60,000 nt of DNA from Mobula hypostoma (Eukaryota): positions 149,732,001 through 149,792,000 of the forward strand of contig NC_086097.1 in the NCBI RefSeq assembly GCF_963921235.1, read 5' to 3'. The translations under genes and the position numbers were made by a program. Positions 13,435 to 25,990 of this stretch are shown here, one piece after another. Numbering within the stretch: the stretch's first letter is position 1; each line of letters begins with the position of its first letter. A model generated the notes under the pieces. The model searched no databases and was not told where the DNA came from. It was given only the letters and a program-made list of their open reading frames with translations.

Positions 13435-14045
13435 CCAGAAATTCTGCAGATGCTGGAAATCCAGAGTAACACACACAAAATTCTGGAGAAACATAGATGG
13501 ATCCATCCTCAACATGATCCGATCACCAAACACATATTTACCTTCCCCCACTCTTTGCTTTCTGCAGGGATCTCTCTCTTCATGATTCTCTTGTCTATTT
13601 ATCTCTCCCCACTAATCTCCTTCCTGACACTGATCACTGAAAGCAGAAGAATGCTACGTCTGCCCATTCACTTCTTCCATTACCTCCATTCAGGGCCCCA
13701 AACAGTCCTTCCTGATGAGACAACACTTAATCTATGAATCTGTTAGTGTCATCAACAGTATCCAGTGCTCCTGATGCGCCTTCTCCATACAGGTGGAACC
13801 CAATGTAGATTGGGGGACCGCTTTGTTGAAGACCTTTGTTCCATCATCAACAAGCAGGAATTCCTTGTGGTCAACCATTTTCATTCCAATTTCCATTCCG
13901 ATTTGAACATGTTGGTCTTTGGCTGCCTCTAATTCCATGATGGGTCAATAGATTGAAGAAGCAACATCTCATATTGTCTCTGGGTATCCTCCAACCTGAT
14001 AGCTTAACATCCATTTCTCCAACTTCCATTAATTTTTTTCCCCTC
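13435..14045 (+). mobile_element. PLE family 1 fragment (inverted terminal-repeat piece plus GIY-YIG C-terminus)
   Basis: Matches 6375-6715 and ends GILQPDSLTSIS, the ORF-end motif also seen at 17.15, 18.13 and 41.77 kb. Confidence 0.75.
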
Positions 14046-14179
14046 TCCTCAAAGACAGTGAATGCAAAGGTAAAAAATGTGATCAAAAGCATAGAGTGTT
14101 TCAAAAGAAGAAGGAAAGGACAAGGAAGTGGTATTCACCCTGCATCAGTTGTTTAAAAGTTTTATGGAGTTAATTTTGA

Positions 14180-14625
14180 ACATATATATTTAATGGGATG
14201 GCCCGCCGCCACCCACTCCGAACTCGAGCCCAAGGCCGTGTCGGCCTCCAACCACGGCCGCTTCTTCAAGCTCGGCCCTTCCTTAGGCGGAGGCCTTGGG
14301 CAGGCCCAGGCACACGGTGCAGCGCCCAAGTTCATCTTGTCTCTTCTAGCTAAGTGTATAGGATACGATTCATAGATATATGGTGAGGCTTTAATCTCTT
14401 CCATGGAAGATGGCCGTTGGCTCACAAGGAGCTCATCCGCCCTTTGTCAGGTCTTGTTTTCTTCAGTCCTGCTGGGTGTCCTCACACCCTCCTCACCAGA
14501 CTAAGTCCAATGGGGGAGCCGGCCCAAGTTGCCAACCACTCGACCATGGCCCCTGGCCGAGCGCCAGGCAACCTTCCCCCGCCGAATCTCTCCGAGCGTC
14601 TGGCACCCGACCGAAAACCATGATA
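14180..14625 (-). mobile_element. GC/CpG-rich non-coding insertion, probably an RTE-derived non-autonomous element
   Basis: Abrupt GC/CpG-rich block in an AT-rich context. The minus strand has AAAGGGCGGATGAGCTCCTTGTGAGCCAACGGCCATC, which resembles (from memory) fish RTE 5'-UTR sequence. ATATATAT tail at ~14180. Confidence 0.4.
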
Positions 14626-14659
14626 CACACTAGTAACCCATGACCAGCAACCCATGACC

Positions 14660-16990
14660 ACATTCTCCCACCCAACCTCAGTGGAAAAAGCTTGCTTGCA
14701 TTTACCCTTTCTATACCCATCATAATTTTGTATACCTCTATCAAACCTCCTCTCAATCTTCTATGTTCTAAAAAACAGTCCTAACCAATTCAATCTACTT
14801 ATACCTCAGGTCCTCCAGAGCTGAAAACATCCTTTTAATTTTTTTCTGCACTCTTTCAATCTTGTTTACAACTTCCCTGTAGGTAAGTGACCAAAACTGC
14901 ACACAATACTCCAAATTAGGCCTTACCAATGTCTTGTACAACATAACATCCCATCTCCTCTACTCAATACATTGATTTATGAAGGCCAATGTGCCAAAAG
15001 CTTTCTTTACGACTCTATCTACCTGTGATGCCACTTTCAAATAATTATATACCTGTATTCCCAGATCCCTTTGTTCTACTATGCTCATTAATGCCCTGCT
15101 GTTCACTGTGTAAGAACAATCCTGGTTGGTCCTACCGAAGTGCAAAACCTCACACTTGTCTGCATTAAACTCCATCTGCCATTTTCACACTAACACAAGG
15201 GACGAAGGGTCTCAGCCCAAAACGTCAACTGTACCTCTTCCTAGAGATGCTGCCTGGCCTGCTGCGTTCACCAGCAACTTTGATGTGTGTTGCTCTGCCA
15301 TTTTCAGCCCATTTTTCCAGCTAATACAAGTGCCTCTGCAAGCCATGATAACCTTCCTCACTGTCTACTACACCCCCAATCTTGGTGTCATCTGCAGACC
15401 ACAGTTACTGATCCAGTTAACCACATTCTCATCGAGATCATTGATATAGGTGACAAACAACAAAGGATCCAACACCAATCCCTACGTCACTCCACTAGTC
15501 ACATCCCTCCAAACAGAAAGGCAACCATATACTCTCCGCCTTCTCCCGCAAAGCCAATGTCTAATCCAATTTACCACCTCATCTTGAATACCAAGTGACT
15601 AAACCTTCCTGACCAGCCCCCCCATGCAGGACTTTGTCAAATGCCTTACTAAAATCCATATCGACTGCCTTTTCTTCATCCACTTTCCTGGTAACTTCCT
15701 CAAAAAACTCTATATGATTGATTAGACGCAGCCTACCATGCATGAAGCCATGGTGACTATCCTTAATCAGACTATGTCTATCCAAATGTTTACGTATCCA
15801 ATCTCTTAGAATACTTTCCAATAACTTTCCCACAACTGATGTCAGACTCACCAGCGTATAATTTTCCGGTTTATGTTTAGAGCCTTTCTTAAGCAACAGA
15901 ACAATGTTGGCTGTCCTCCAATCCTCTGGTACCTCTCCTGTTGCTAAGGATGTTTAAAATATCTTTGCCAGAGCCCTGGAAATTTCCATACTTGCCTCCT
16001 GTAGGGTCCGAGGGAACATTTTGTCAAGCCCTGGGGATTTATCCACCATTATTTGCCTCAGGGTAGCAAACACCTTCTCCAGTGTAATTTGTACAGGGTC
16101 CATGACTTTGTTGCCACTTTGCCTCACTTCTATCCATCTCCCAAGTAATACAGATGCAAAAAAAATGCATTTAAGATCTACACCATCCATTTTGGCTCCA
16201 TACATGGATTACCATTCTGGTCATCCAGAGGATTAATTTTGTGCCCTACAATCCTTTTGCTCTTAACATATCTGTAGAGTCCATTAGTATTCTCTTTTAC
16301 CTTGTCGGCTAGAGCAATTTTATGCCTTCTTTTAGCATTCCTGATTTCTTTCTTAAGTGTTCACTTACAATTCTTGTACTCCATAAGCACCTCATTTGCT
16401 CCTACCTGCCTATACTTGCTATGCATCTCCTTTTTTTTCTAAACCAGGGCCTCAATATCTCTTGAAAACCCTACACTTGTTATCTTTAACTTTTATTCTG
16501 AAAGACACATACAAACTTAGTACTCTCAAAAATTCATTTTTTTAGGCCTCCCACTCACCAAGTACACCTTTACCAAAAAAACAGCCTCTCCCAATCCACA
16601 CTTGTCAGATCATTTCTGATACCATCAAAATTGGCCTTTCTTCAATTTAAAATCTCAGTTTGCAGACCAGACTCATCTTTTTGCATATTTACTTTGAAAC
16701 TAATGGTATTATGGTCACTAGATACAAAGCGTTCCCCGACACAAACATTTGTCAGCTGTCCTGCCTCATCCAGTATCACATGCTTTCTCATTGGAACTTA
16801 AATGAACTGATGAAGGAAACTTTCCTGAACAGATTTGACAATCTCTATCCCATATAGTCCCTTTAGAGTATGGGATTCCTAGTCAATACATGAAAAGTTT
16901 AAATCACCTACTGTAACAACTTGTTTCTTGCAACAGTCTGTCCTCTTTACAAATTTGTTCCTCTAAACCCCTAGGACTGTTGGGTAGTCT
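14660..16990 (-). mobile_element. CR1 LINE ORF2 remnant (RT region)
   Basis: Minus-strand peptides DKSPGLD, NYTLVSLTSVVGKLLESILRD, MDFSKAFDKV, MEFNADKCEVLHFG, RGGLIEVYKIM. Confidence 0.9.
15188..15293 (+). mobile_element. 106-bp PLE terminal-repeat fragment inserted in CR1
   Basis: Perfect 13-bp TSD TCTGCCATTTTCA (15175-15187 / 15294-15306). Contains GACGAAGGGTCTCAGCCCAAAACGTCAACT. Confidence 0.9.
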
Positions 16991-17084
16991 TCAATGTTTA
17001 ACTGAGGAAAATTACTGCATAATTGAAACTATTCATGGGATATGACGAGTTTCAATTGTGCAGTAACTGTTCTGGGATGTCGGT

Positions 17085-17550
17085 TTATGACTTCTTCTTG
17101 TGCCACAATGAGGCCACCTTCAGGAGCAACACCTCAAATTTTGTCTGGGTAGCCTCCAACCCAATGGCATAAATATCAATTTCTCTTTCCTATTTAAAAA
17201 AAAAATTCTCTGCCCCTCCCCTCTCCTTCTATTCCCCACTCTTGTCCCTTACCTCTTCTCACCTTCCAATCACCACCCCCTAGTCCCCTCCATCTTTCTC
17301 CTATAGTCCACCTTCTTCTCCTTTCAGATTCCTTCCTCTCCAGCCCTTCATTCCCACCGTTTAGCTTCACCTATTATTTTCTAGCTATCCTTCTTCCCCT
17401 CCCCCCTCCACCTTTTCACTCTGGCATCCTCCCCCTTCTTTTCCAATCCTGAAGAAGGGTCTTGGCCCAAAACATCAACTGCATGTTCATTTCTATAGAT
17501 GCTGCCTGAACTGCTGAGTTCCTCCAGCATTTTGTATGTGTTGTGTGGGA
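17085..17550 (+). mobile_element. PLE family 1 3' end (ORF end plus terminal repeat)
   Basis: GSLQPNGINI ORF end, pyrimidine-rich UTR, CCTGAAGAAGGGTCTTGGCCCAAAACATCAACT. A second partial copy lies at ~18065-18235. Confidence 0.8.
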
Positions 17551-19014
17551 TTAATAGTCTGAAGAAAAGTAACTGTTTGGAGTGAAAAAAGACATGGAGA
17601 AAATAAATCATTACTTCATTTCTGTGGTGCAATGTCAGCAGGGATGTAATGCATAGGGAAAGTGGATCAAAGAAGATTCTTGGAGATGGACTTGAATAGT
17701 GACAGTTTTGCTAGGTGGATAAATGAAGCCTAAACTAGGGTAGTCCCATTAAGCTGCAGTATAGTATTAGAGGAGGTACATATGGCAGACTGCCTTAAAC
17801 ATTACAAAGAACAAGCAAAAAGGGAGGGAAAATGCCCTATGGTGATGTCCTTAGAGAATTTTATGACTTTAGTTTGGGTCTTTTAATGCTATGGGCAGGG
17901 TAACATCTGCTTTGAGTGATTCTAACTGGGAGGAATTAACATGAAACTGAAAGAAGAAACACTATTAGGACTATTTATGCTGTATCAGGGTGGTATAGAA
18001 TGCTTCCTCGATGCTTATATGACTAGTTTCAATGGTGCACTAATTGTTTTGACATATCAGTCTACGGCCTCTGCTTGTGCCACAACGAGGCCACCTTCAG
18101 GGTGGAGGAGCAACATCTGAAATTCTGTCTGAGTCACCTCCAACCTAATGGCATGAATATCAATTTTTCTTTCCTGTTAAAAAATATTCTTTCACCCTTC
18201 CCTCTTCTTCTATTCCCCACTCTTGCCCCTTACTGAATCTGGATGGGCCTGAGCATGTATCTGCTTTAAATTCCTGCAATGCTGTTGGATATGACAAACT
18301 AACCGATGTGATGTTTGAACTATAACTTCAGTTAAAAATGCTTCTGAAGCATCACTTCATATCACTGAGCAGCAGAACTCATTACATAATAGGGTTATGT
18401 GACAGTTTTAAAAGAAAGGCATGATCTCTGATATAATGCACTTTTATAACATCAGTTTGTAGGAGGCAAATGTTTGATATAAATGAGATTAAGGGAATGT
18501 GTGATGATCCAGGAAAAATTAGCTAAAAATGACAGAATGGAATGCAAGTAAAAAGTAGAAAGTGTCTGGCTTCAGAGCAAGATTTTAAAATTGGACTGGA
18601 GAAAGACCATTTTACTTTTCATTAGTGTTGAGAGTGTTGGAGAAGTGGCAACTTTCATACAAAATTATGCTCAGTGATAGACAGAGTTCCAGCAACTCAG
18701 GTCCCACCAAGTAAAAAGTACTTAGCTAGATAACCCATTGTTAATGCTTCTTGAATCGTGCTGTGCAAGGGGTAATTACAAGGAATGATGCAGATTTTAC
18801 TGGATGGAACGTATAATGGATGGATGCCTTGAGCATTCATTGCTGAAGTGAATGAAATGTCAAAGGCCAAATTATGAAGACTTTCAGAGACTGATTGAAT
18901 TGACTTCAGAGAGGATATTTTTCCCCCCAGAGAGAATCACAGAAATAAGTAGTAGTTGGTACAAGGAACTGAACTGCAGCAGTCAGGTTAACATTTGATG
19001 CCACAGGAATAGGA

Positions 19015-19640
19015 CTATAAATCTAAGACATGGGAACAGAACTGGGCCATTTGCCTCATCGAGTCTGCACTGCCATTCAATCCTGGCTGATTTATTATCA
19101 CGCCCAACCCCATTCTTCCGCCTTCTCCCCATAACCTTTGACACACTAATCTAGAACCCATCAAACTCCACTTAATACACTCAATAACCAAGCCTCCACA
19201 GCCACCTGTGGCAATGAATTCCACAGATTCACCACTCTCTGGCTAACAAAATTACTTCTCATCTTTGTTATAAATGGACATCCTTCTATTCTGATGCTAT
19301 ACCCTCTGGTCCTAGACACACACACTACAGGAAACATCCTCTCCACGTCCACTCTATCTAGGCCTTTCAATATTCATCAGGTTCCAATGAGATGCCCACT
19401 CATTCTTCTAAACTCCAGTGCTTACAGGCCCAGAGCCATCAAATGCTCCTCATACATTAACCCTTTCATTTCCAGAATAATTCTTGTGAACCTCATCTGG
19501 ACCATCTCCAATGCTAGCACTTCTTAGATAAGGGACACAAAACTGCTCAATACTCTAAATTCAGTTTTACCAATGTCTTATAAAGACTCGGCATTATATT
19601 CTTGCTTTTATGTTCTAGTCTCTTGAAATGAATGCTAACA
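19015..19640 (-). mobile_element. CR1 LINE 3' fragment
   Basis: KGLDRVDVERMFP..SQRVVNLWNSLPQ on the minus strand, followed by the 3' UTR. Confidence 0.9.
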
Positions 19641-21749
19641 TTTCATTTACCTTCCTTAGAAGATAACCATAAGTATGCAAGAGAGCATTTATGTGAAAGT
19701 AGTAGTTCACACTGGTGGAGGATGTGAATGGGGTAAAATGGGGGTCAAGAAGCAAAGAGTTGAGGTTGAAGCTGAAATTGCTAAGGATGAAAGTCACTTG
19801 TTTGAACAGATTAGTAGTATGATGGTCCAAGGATAAGAAGCTCCAAGGTGATAATGGGAGAGTCATCAGTATATGATCTTCAGAAAAATCCTGATGATAT
19901 AAAAGTCTGGAAAAATAGATAATGGAAAATATATCTGTTTTAAGTCGATTGAAATTAGGATGGTGCCATGAACATCCTATTTTCACTCAGGGTCAAGGTG
20001 CCAATTTGAACATTCATATTAGCAATGGATGGCTATGATTTTTCATGAGGAGAGATATTTTAGAGGAATACTCCTATCGGAACAGAATGGTGGAATGCAA
20101 CAACCCATCTTTACCATTCAAGGATGGTGATGAGTGTGGTAATTTGTAAAGAAGGAAAATGGTAAAGCAAATCCCCAGTATTTGGTAGAAAAGTCAATGA
20201 AGTACTAGTGACTTTCTTTACAACGATGTAAAGAAAGTATCATGTAGTTCAATAATTCAGTTACTGAATGGCAGGAGGTTGAGAGAATCAACCACTAATC
20301 ATGTCAGACACTGACCTGCATGGAACACACCATTAGGTTCAGGAACTGTTGTTACCTTTCAACCATCAGGCTCCTAAACCAGTGTCAAGAACTTCACTCA
20401 CTTCAACACTGAACTAATTTCCACAACATACGGACTCACTTTCAAGGGATCTACAACTCGTGTTCTCAATATGTATCTATTTAATTAATTTATTTATTAT
20501 TGTTATGATGTATTTGCACAGTTTGTCTTCCTCTGCACATTGGTTGTTTGTCTGTCTTTGTGTGTAGTTTTTCATTCATTCTATTGTATTGCTTTATTCT
20601 ACTGTGAATGCCTGCAAGAAAGTGATTCTCAGAGTAGCAGATGGTGAAAATAGGCATTTTTCTAATAGATTCTTGAACTTTGCTGTTTTAAAAACATTGC
20701 CATGAGAGAAAAGTTTGAAAACCAAGTGACGGCAAAGACTACTCCTGCTCCCATTTTCCTTTGATTCTTACGTGTTCTTTCTGACATTGTTATTTCTATT
20801 AACCTGTAGTAGCAATCCTTCCTGATAACTTTTCAAAAGAAGAAGTTCAAATCAATCAGTCTTTAAGATTGTTATGGAGAGGAAGAGAAAATAATTAAGG
20901 TATGGTGTGGGAAAGACTGATTTCAAATGGCAAGACCTACCAAAAGTTAATGCAAGTTCCTACTTGCAGATAGGTCCACACAGGACCAGAAGACCATTCA
21001 AAAGCAGAATAGGGGAAGTTCAGAGCTGGTGTGATTTAGTGATGATGAAAAGTATTTTTAACAAGTCCAAGGAATGTTGGATGTCAAGGGATATTGTGAG
21101 ACCCATTTAAAAAAAAAGACGGGTGGGGGTGGGTACCTTGTGGCAGGTTTAGAGAGCAAAATCAAGAGGTCCTACTGGAGTACCAAATATATAGGACGGT
21201 ACTTAAAAAACAGTTAAGAAGAGAAAAAAAAACAGTCAGGCATGTTTACGGAATGTTTAAAAGCAATTTTGTTAGCATATAAAGTAAAGAGAAGAGTCCA
21301 TTTAGGACAAAATAGTTAAACTATATGTTAAGCCATAGGACAAGGGCATGGTCTTAAACAATATTTCTCATCTATATTCACTTTTGAGAAGAACATTGCA
21401 CTTTTGAAGAATTCAGGAACAGCTTGATGGAATTCTAGAGAATATTATCATTAAAAATACCAGTGAATGTGGTATCTTTATTCAAGAACAGCAAGGATAA
21501 GCCATCAGGTCATCTGTCAAACATCATTGCCTACAAAGGATTCTCAAGAATAGAGTTATTCTCCACTTGGAAAAGTAGGGGCTGATCAGGAAGTGTCAGT
21601 AGAACTTTAAGAGGAGATTCTATCTGTCAATTCAATTGATTTTTTCAAGGAGTGCTGTCAAAGTACCTTTAGGGACTTCAGTAAAGTCTTTTGGGACATT
21701 GCTGTAAAAGTTAAGACCCTATGGATTGAGGACAATTTGGCAATGTGGA

Positions 21750-22310
21750 CTGAATCAAACTCAGAATTAATGTTATTGCCATTGCCTTTTGACATGAAAT
21801 GTGTTCTTTTGCACCAGTACAATGAAATAAAATTACTATGAATTACAAAAATTGTATAATAAAAGGAATAATAAAGTGGTGTTCATTGGCCATTCAGAAA
21901 TCTGACAGGGAAAGAAGCTGCTCCTGAATCACTGTGTAAGAGTCTTCAGGCTATTTTACCTTCCTGATGACAATAACAAAAGAGGGCATATCACAGATGG
22001 CGATGGCCCTTAATTATGGATGCCATCTTCTTGTTACATTGCCTTTTGAAGATGCCCTCAATGATACAGATGGTTGTTCCTGAGGGAACTGGTTGACTCT
22101 ACAATCCTCTGCAGTCTCCTGGGGTCCTGTACATTGGAACCTCCATACCAGGCTCCCATGCAACCAGTTAGAAAGCTCTCCACCACATATCTATAGAAAC
22201 TTGCAGAAATCTTTGATGATGTCAAATTTCCTCAAAATTGTAATGAACTAGAGCTGCCGGCATGCCACCTTTCTGATTGAATCAATTTGTCACACCCAGG
22301 TCAGATCCTT
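21750..22310 (-). mobile_element. Degenerate Rex1/Babar-type LINE 3' fragment
   Basis: GAAGCTGCTCCTGAATC, CCATACCAGGC and CTCTCCACCACATATCTATAGAA motifs shared with the other Rex1-type copies. Confidence 0.55.
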
Positions 22311-22509
22311 AATCTAAACTTAATCTACTCACCCTTTCCAAGGTAGGCCCCTCAGTGAGGACTGGTAATGGGAGGCAGAGGAAGACAGTTGAAGGGTTTC
22401 TTTCTTGTAATTTGAAGCTTGTGATGCATCACAGAGATTACTGGTGAGACCTTTGTTTATATTAATGATCTGGATGTGATTGTAGAAGTTATGATTCTCA
22501 GGTTTCTAG

Positions 22510-23280
22510 CCTGGTGAAGGTATTGATTGTAGCCAACGTTTTGATGACAAACTCGGTCATCTTCATCAGGATAATGCCTGGGTATGTCTAGTCTGGTGGT
22601 ATTCATACCCCTCCCCCCCCTGTAGACAGTTCCTCCTGATTGGTTAGCCTTAATCCAATCAGGTTTCTGCTCTACGTCCTTATTTACAATTGATTTCCAG
22701 TTTTTACTTAAAACGAGCCCTTCATCTTTTTAATTTAAAGAATTTAAAGAATTTTAAAATTCTTTTTCTCTAACTTCATTTCAATAGCTTCCTTTACTAG
22801 GTGGTCCCAAAAGCTATTGGCATGGCACGGTAATTTTATACCATTGAAGTCAATTCTATGGCCATTGCAAATGCAGTGTTTTTCTACCACCGATTACTTT
22901 GGGTAACCCAAATTGATACACCTCCTGTGCTCCTTGATGTAGGTTTCCACTGTACGTCCTACTTGACTGATATACACTACTCCGTATTCACAGGGAATCC
23001 TGCAAGTGCCAGCCAACTTGAGTCCCAGCTCATCTTTAACCCACATAGGCTGTGATACAAGCTTCCTTTAGGGTTTATAGATGGTATTAACCTGGTGTTT
23101 CTTCAGGATCCTGACGATACTTCCAGAAACTGTGGAAATATAGGGAAGCCAGGTGTAACGACAGGTTTCTCTGCATTGTTAGGCTTCCTAGTTTTTTCCC
23201 ATCAGCCCTGTTAAGAACCCAATGGATTTCCTTCACCTTGTAGCCATTCTGTAGAAACATTGTGTGTAGCTGTCTTCCCC
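22510..23280 (-). mobile_element. Penelope-like element family 2 (GIY-YIG plus terminal repeat with hammerhead motif)
   Basis: The minus strand reads LKLAGTCRIPCEYGVVYISQVGRTVETYIKEHRRCI (GIY-YIG) and MFLQNGY. Terminal CTGATGAA-GATGAC-CGAGTTT-GTCATC-AAAACGTT at ~22531-22570. Confidence 0.8.
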
Positions 23281-23299
23281 TGTAACTGATGAAGGTCTG

Positions 23300-25990
23300 A
23301 CTAACCAAAAACTTATCAACCTCTGCTTTAAGTATACTCAATGACTTGGCCTCCACAACCATACATAACAATGAATTGCACAATTCACCACCTTTTGGCT
23401 AAAGAAATTCTTTCTCATATCTGTTCTAAACAGATGTCCCTCTATTGTAAGGCTGTATTTTCTGGTGCTAGACTCACCCACTACTGGAAATATTCTCTCC
23501 ACATCCATTCTGTCTAGGCTTTTCAAAATTTGATAGGTTTCAAAGAGATTCCCCCTCTCATTCTTCTAACCTCCAGTGACTACAGGCCCAGAGCCATCAA
23601 ATGCTGCTTATATGTTAACACTTTCATTCCTGGAATCATTCTCATGAATCTCCTCAGGACCCTCTCCAATGTCAGTACATCTTTTGGATAAGGGTCCTAA
23701 ACCTGATCACAATACTCTATGTGAAATCTGATAATGCCTGATAAAGCCTCAGCATCATATCCTTTCTCTTATATTCTAGTCCTCTTGAAATGAATGCTAA
23801 CATTGCATTTGTTTTCCGCACTACTGACCCAACCTGCAAATTAACCTTTAGAGAATCTGGCACAAGGACTCCCAAGTTCCTTTGCACCTCTGATTTTTGA
23901 ATTTTCTTCCTATTTAGAAATCAAGTCAGGCTAACTGGTCAATAATTTCCTTTCTTCTGCTCTCTCCCTTCTTAAAGAGTGTAGTGACATTCACAACTTT
24001 CCAGTCCTCTGGGAACCATTTCTGACTCTAGTGATTCTTGAAAGATCATTACTTATACCTCCACAATCTCTTCAGATACCCCTTTCAGATCCCTGGGGTG
24101 TAGTCCATCTCATCCAGTTGACTCATTTAACTTCAGAGTTTTTTGCTTCCCAAGCACCTTCTCCTTAGTAATAGCAATGACACTCACTTCTACTCCTTGA
24201 CACTCTCAAATTGCCGGCATACTGCTAGTGTCTTCTACAGTGAATACTGATGCAGAATACATATTAGTTCATCCATTATTTCTTGCCTTACTACCTCTTC
24301 TGCATCATTTTCCAGTGGTCCAATATCCATTTACCTCTCTTTTACTCTTTATAAATATGAAAAAAAACTTCTGGTATCCTCTGATATTTTTAACTAACTT
24401 GCTTTCATATTTCACTTTTCTCTCCTTATGTTTCTTTTTAGTTGCCTTCTGGCTGTTTTTAAAAGCTTCCCAATTCTCTAATTTCCCACTGATTTTGGTT
24501 GTATTATATGCCCTGACTTTCACTTTAATGTCGTCTTTGACTTCCCTTGTCATCCACAATTGCCCCCTCCTCCCTTTAGAATACTTCTTTATATTTGGGA
24601 CGCATCTATCCTGTGCCTTCCAAATTGCCCCGGAAACTCAAGCCATTGCTGTTCTGCCATCATCCCTGCTAGTGTTCCCTTCCAATCAACTTTGTCCAGC
24701 TACTTTCTTATTCCTCCAATTCCCATTACTACACTGTAAGGTTGATGCAGCTGGCTTTATCTTCTTCCTCTCAAACCACAGAGTGAATGCTATCATGTTA
24801 TGATCACTGTCTCCCAAGGGTTCCTTTACCTTAAATTTCCTAAACAAATCTGATTCATTACACAACAGCCAATCCAGAATTGCCCTTCCCTTAGTGGGCT
24901 CAACCACAAGCTGATCTAATAAGCTATCTCAGAGGCATTCTACAAGTTCCCCCTCTTGGGATCTGGCACCAAACAGATTTTCCTAATTTACCTGCATATT
25001 AAAATCTCCCATGACTATCACCATTGCCCTTATTACATTCCTTTTCTATTTCCCGTTGAAATGTATATCCCACATTGTAGCTACAGTTTGGGGGCCTGTA
25101 TACAACTCCCACAGTATTTTTATCCTTGTTGTTTCTTTACTCTACCTACAAGGATTCTACATTATCTAATCCCATGTCATCTTTTTCTTAGGATTTGATT
25201 TCATCTTTTAAACCAATAGACCCACCCCACCCCCTCTGCCTACCTGCCTGTTCTTTAGCTGGGTAGTGTATCTTTGGATGTTAAGCTCTCAACTATGATC
25301 TTCTTTCAGCCAGTTCTCAGCGATGTCCACAATGTCATACCTGCCAATCACTAACTGTGCTACAAGATCTGCTTTATTCTGCATGTATTCATCACCCAGT
25401 TTGATTTTGCCCCGATGTTACATTTCATCCCACAAACTGCAATTTTGCAGAGTCATTGGCCTTTCCATCCCCACAGTCTAATTACACACTTGTATTCCAA
25501 CTGCCCCATCCTCAGCCCAATCCCTCTGGCTCCCATTCCCCTGCCAAATTAGTTTAAACCCTCCCCAGCAGCTCGAGCAAACCTGTCCGCAGGGATCTTC
25601 GTCGCCCTCGGGTTCAGGTGTAACCCATTCTTTTTGTATAGGTTATACCTTTCCCAGATGAGATCACAATAATCCAGAAATCTGAAACTCTGCCCCCTGC
25701 ACCACTCCTTCAGCCACTCATTCATCTGTACCATCATCCTATTCCTGCCCTGACTAGCACCTGACACTGGGAGTGTTCCAAAGATTACTATCTTGCAGGT
25801 TCTGTTCTTCAGCCTTTTCCCTAGATCCCTATACTCATTTCACAGGACCTCTTGCCCCTTTCTATCTATATCATTGGTACTAATGTGCACCATATGCTCT
25901 GGCTGCTCGCCCACCCTCTCGAGAATGTTCTGCACCTATTCCGAGACATACTGAACCCTAGCATCTGGGAACCAACACAGCCTCCTGCCT
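23300..25990 (-). mobile_element. Internally deleted CR1 LINE including an ORF1 esterase remnant
   Basis: ORF1 SGNH-esterase-like end NEWLKEWCRGQSFRFLD..GLHLNP..GEGLN (25549-25767); APE C-terminus PTKGRAILDWLLCN..LGDSDHN; RT C-terminus FFSQKVVN. Confidence 0.85.

Noticed and set aside
14460..14540. Twister-like GAGGAGGG motif on the minus strand
   Set aside because: I could not identify the UAA/P2 and pseudoknot pairings a twister ribozyme requires.
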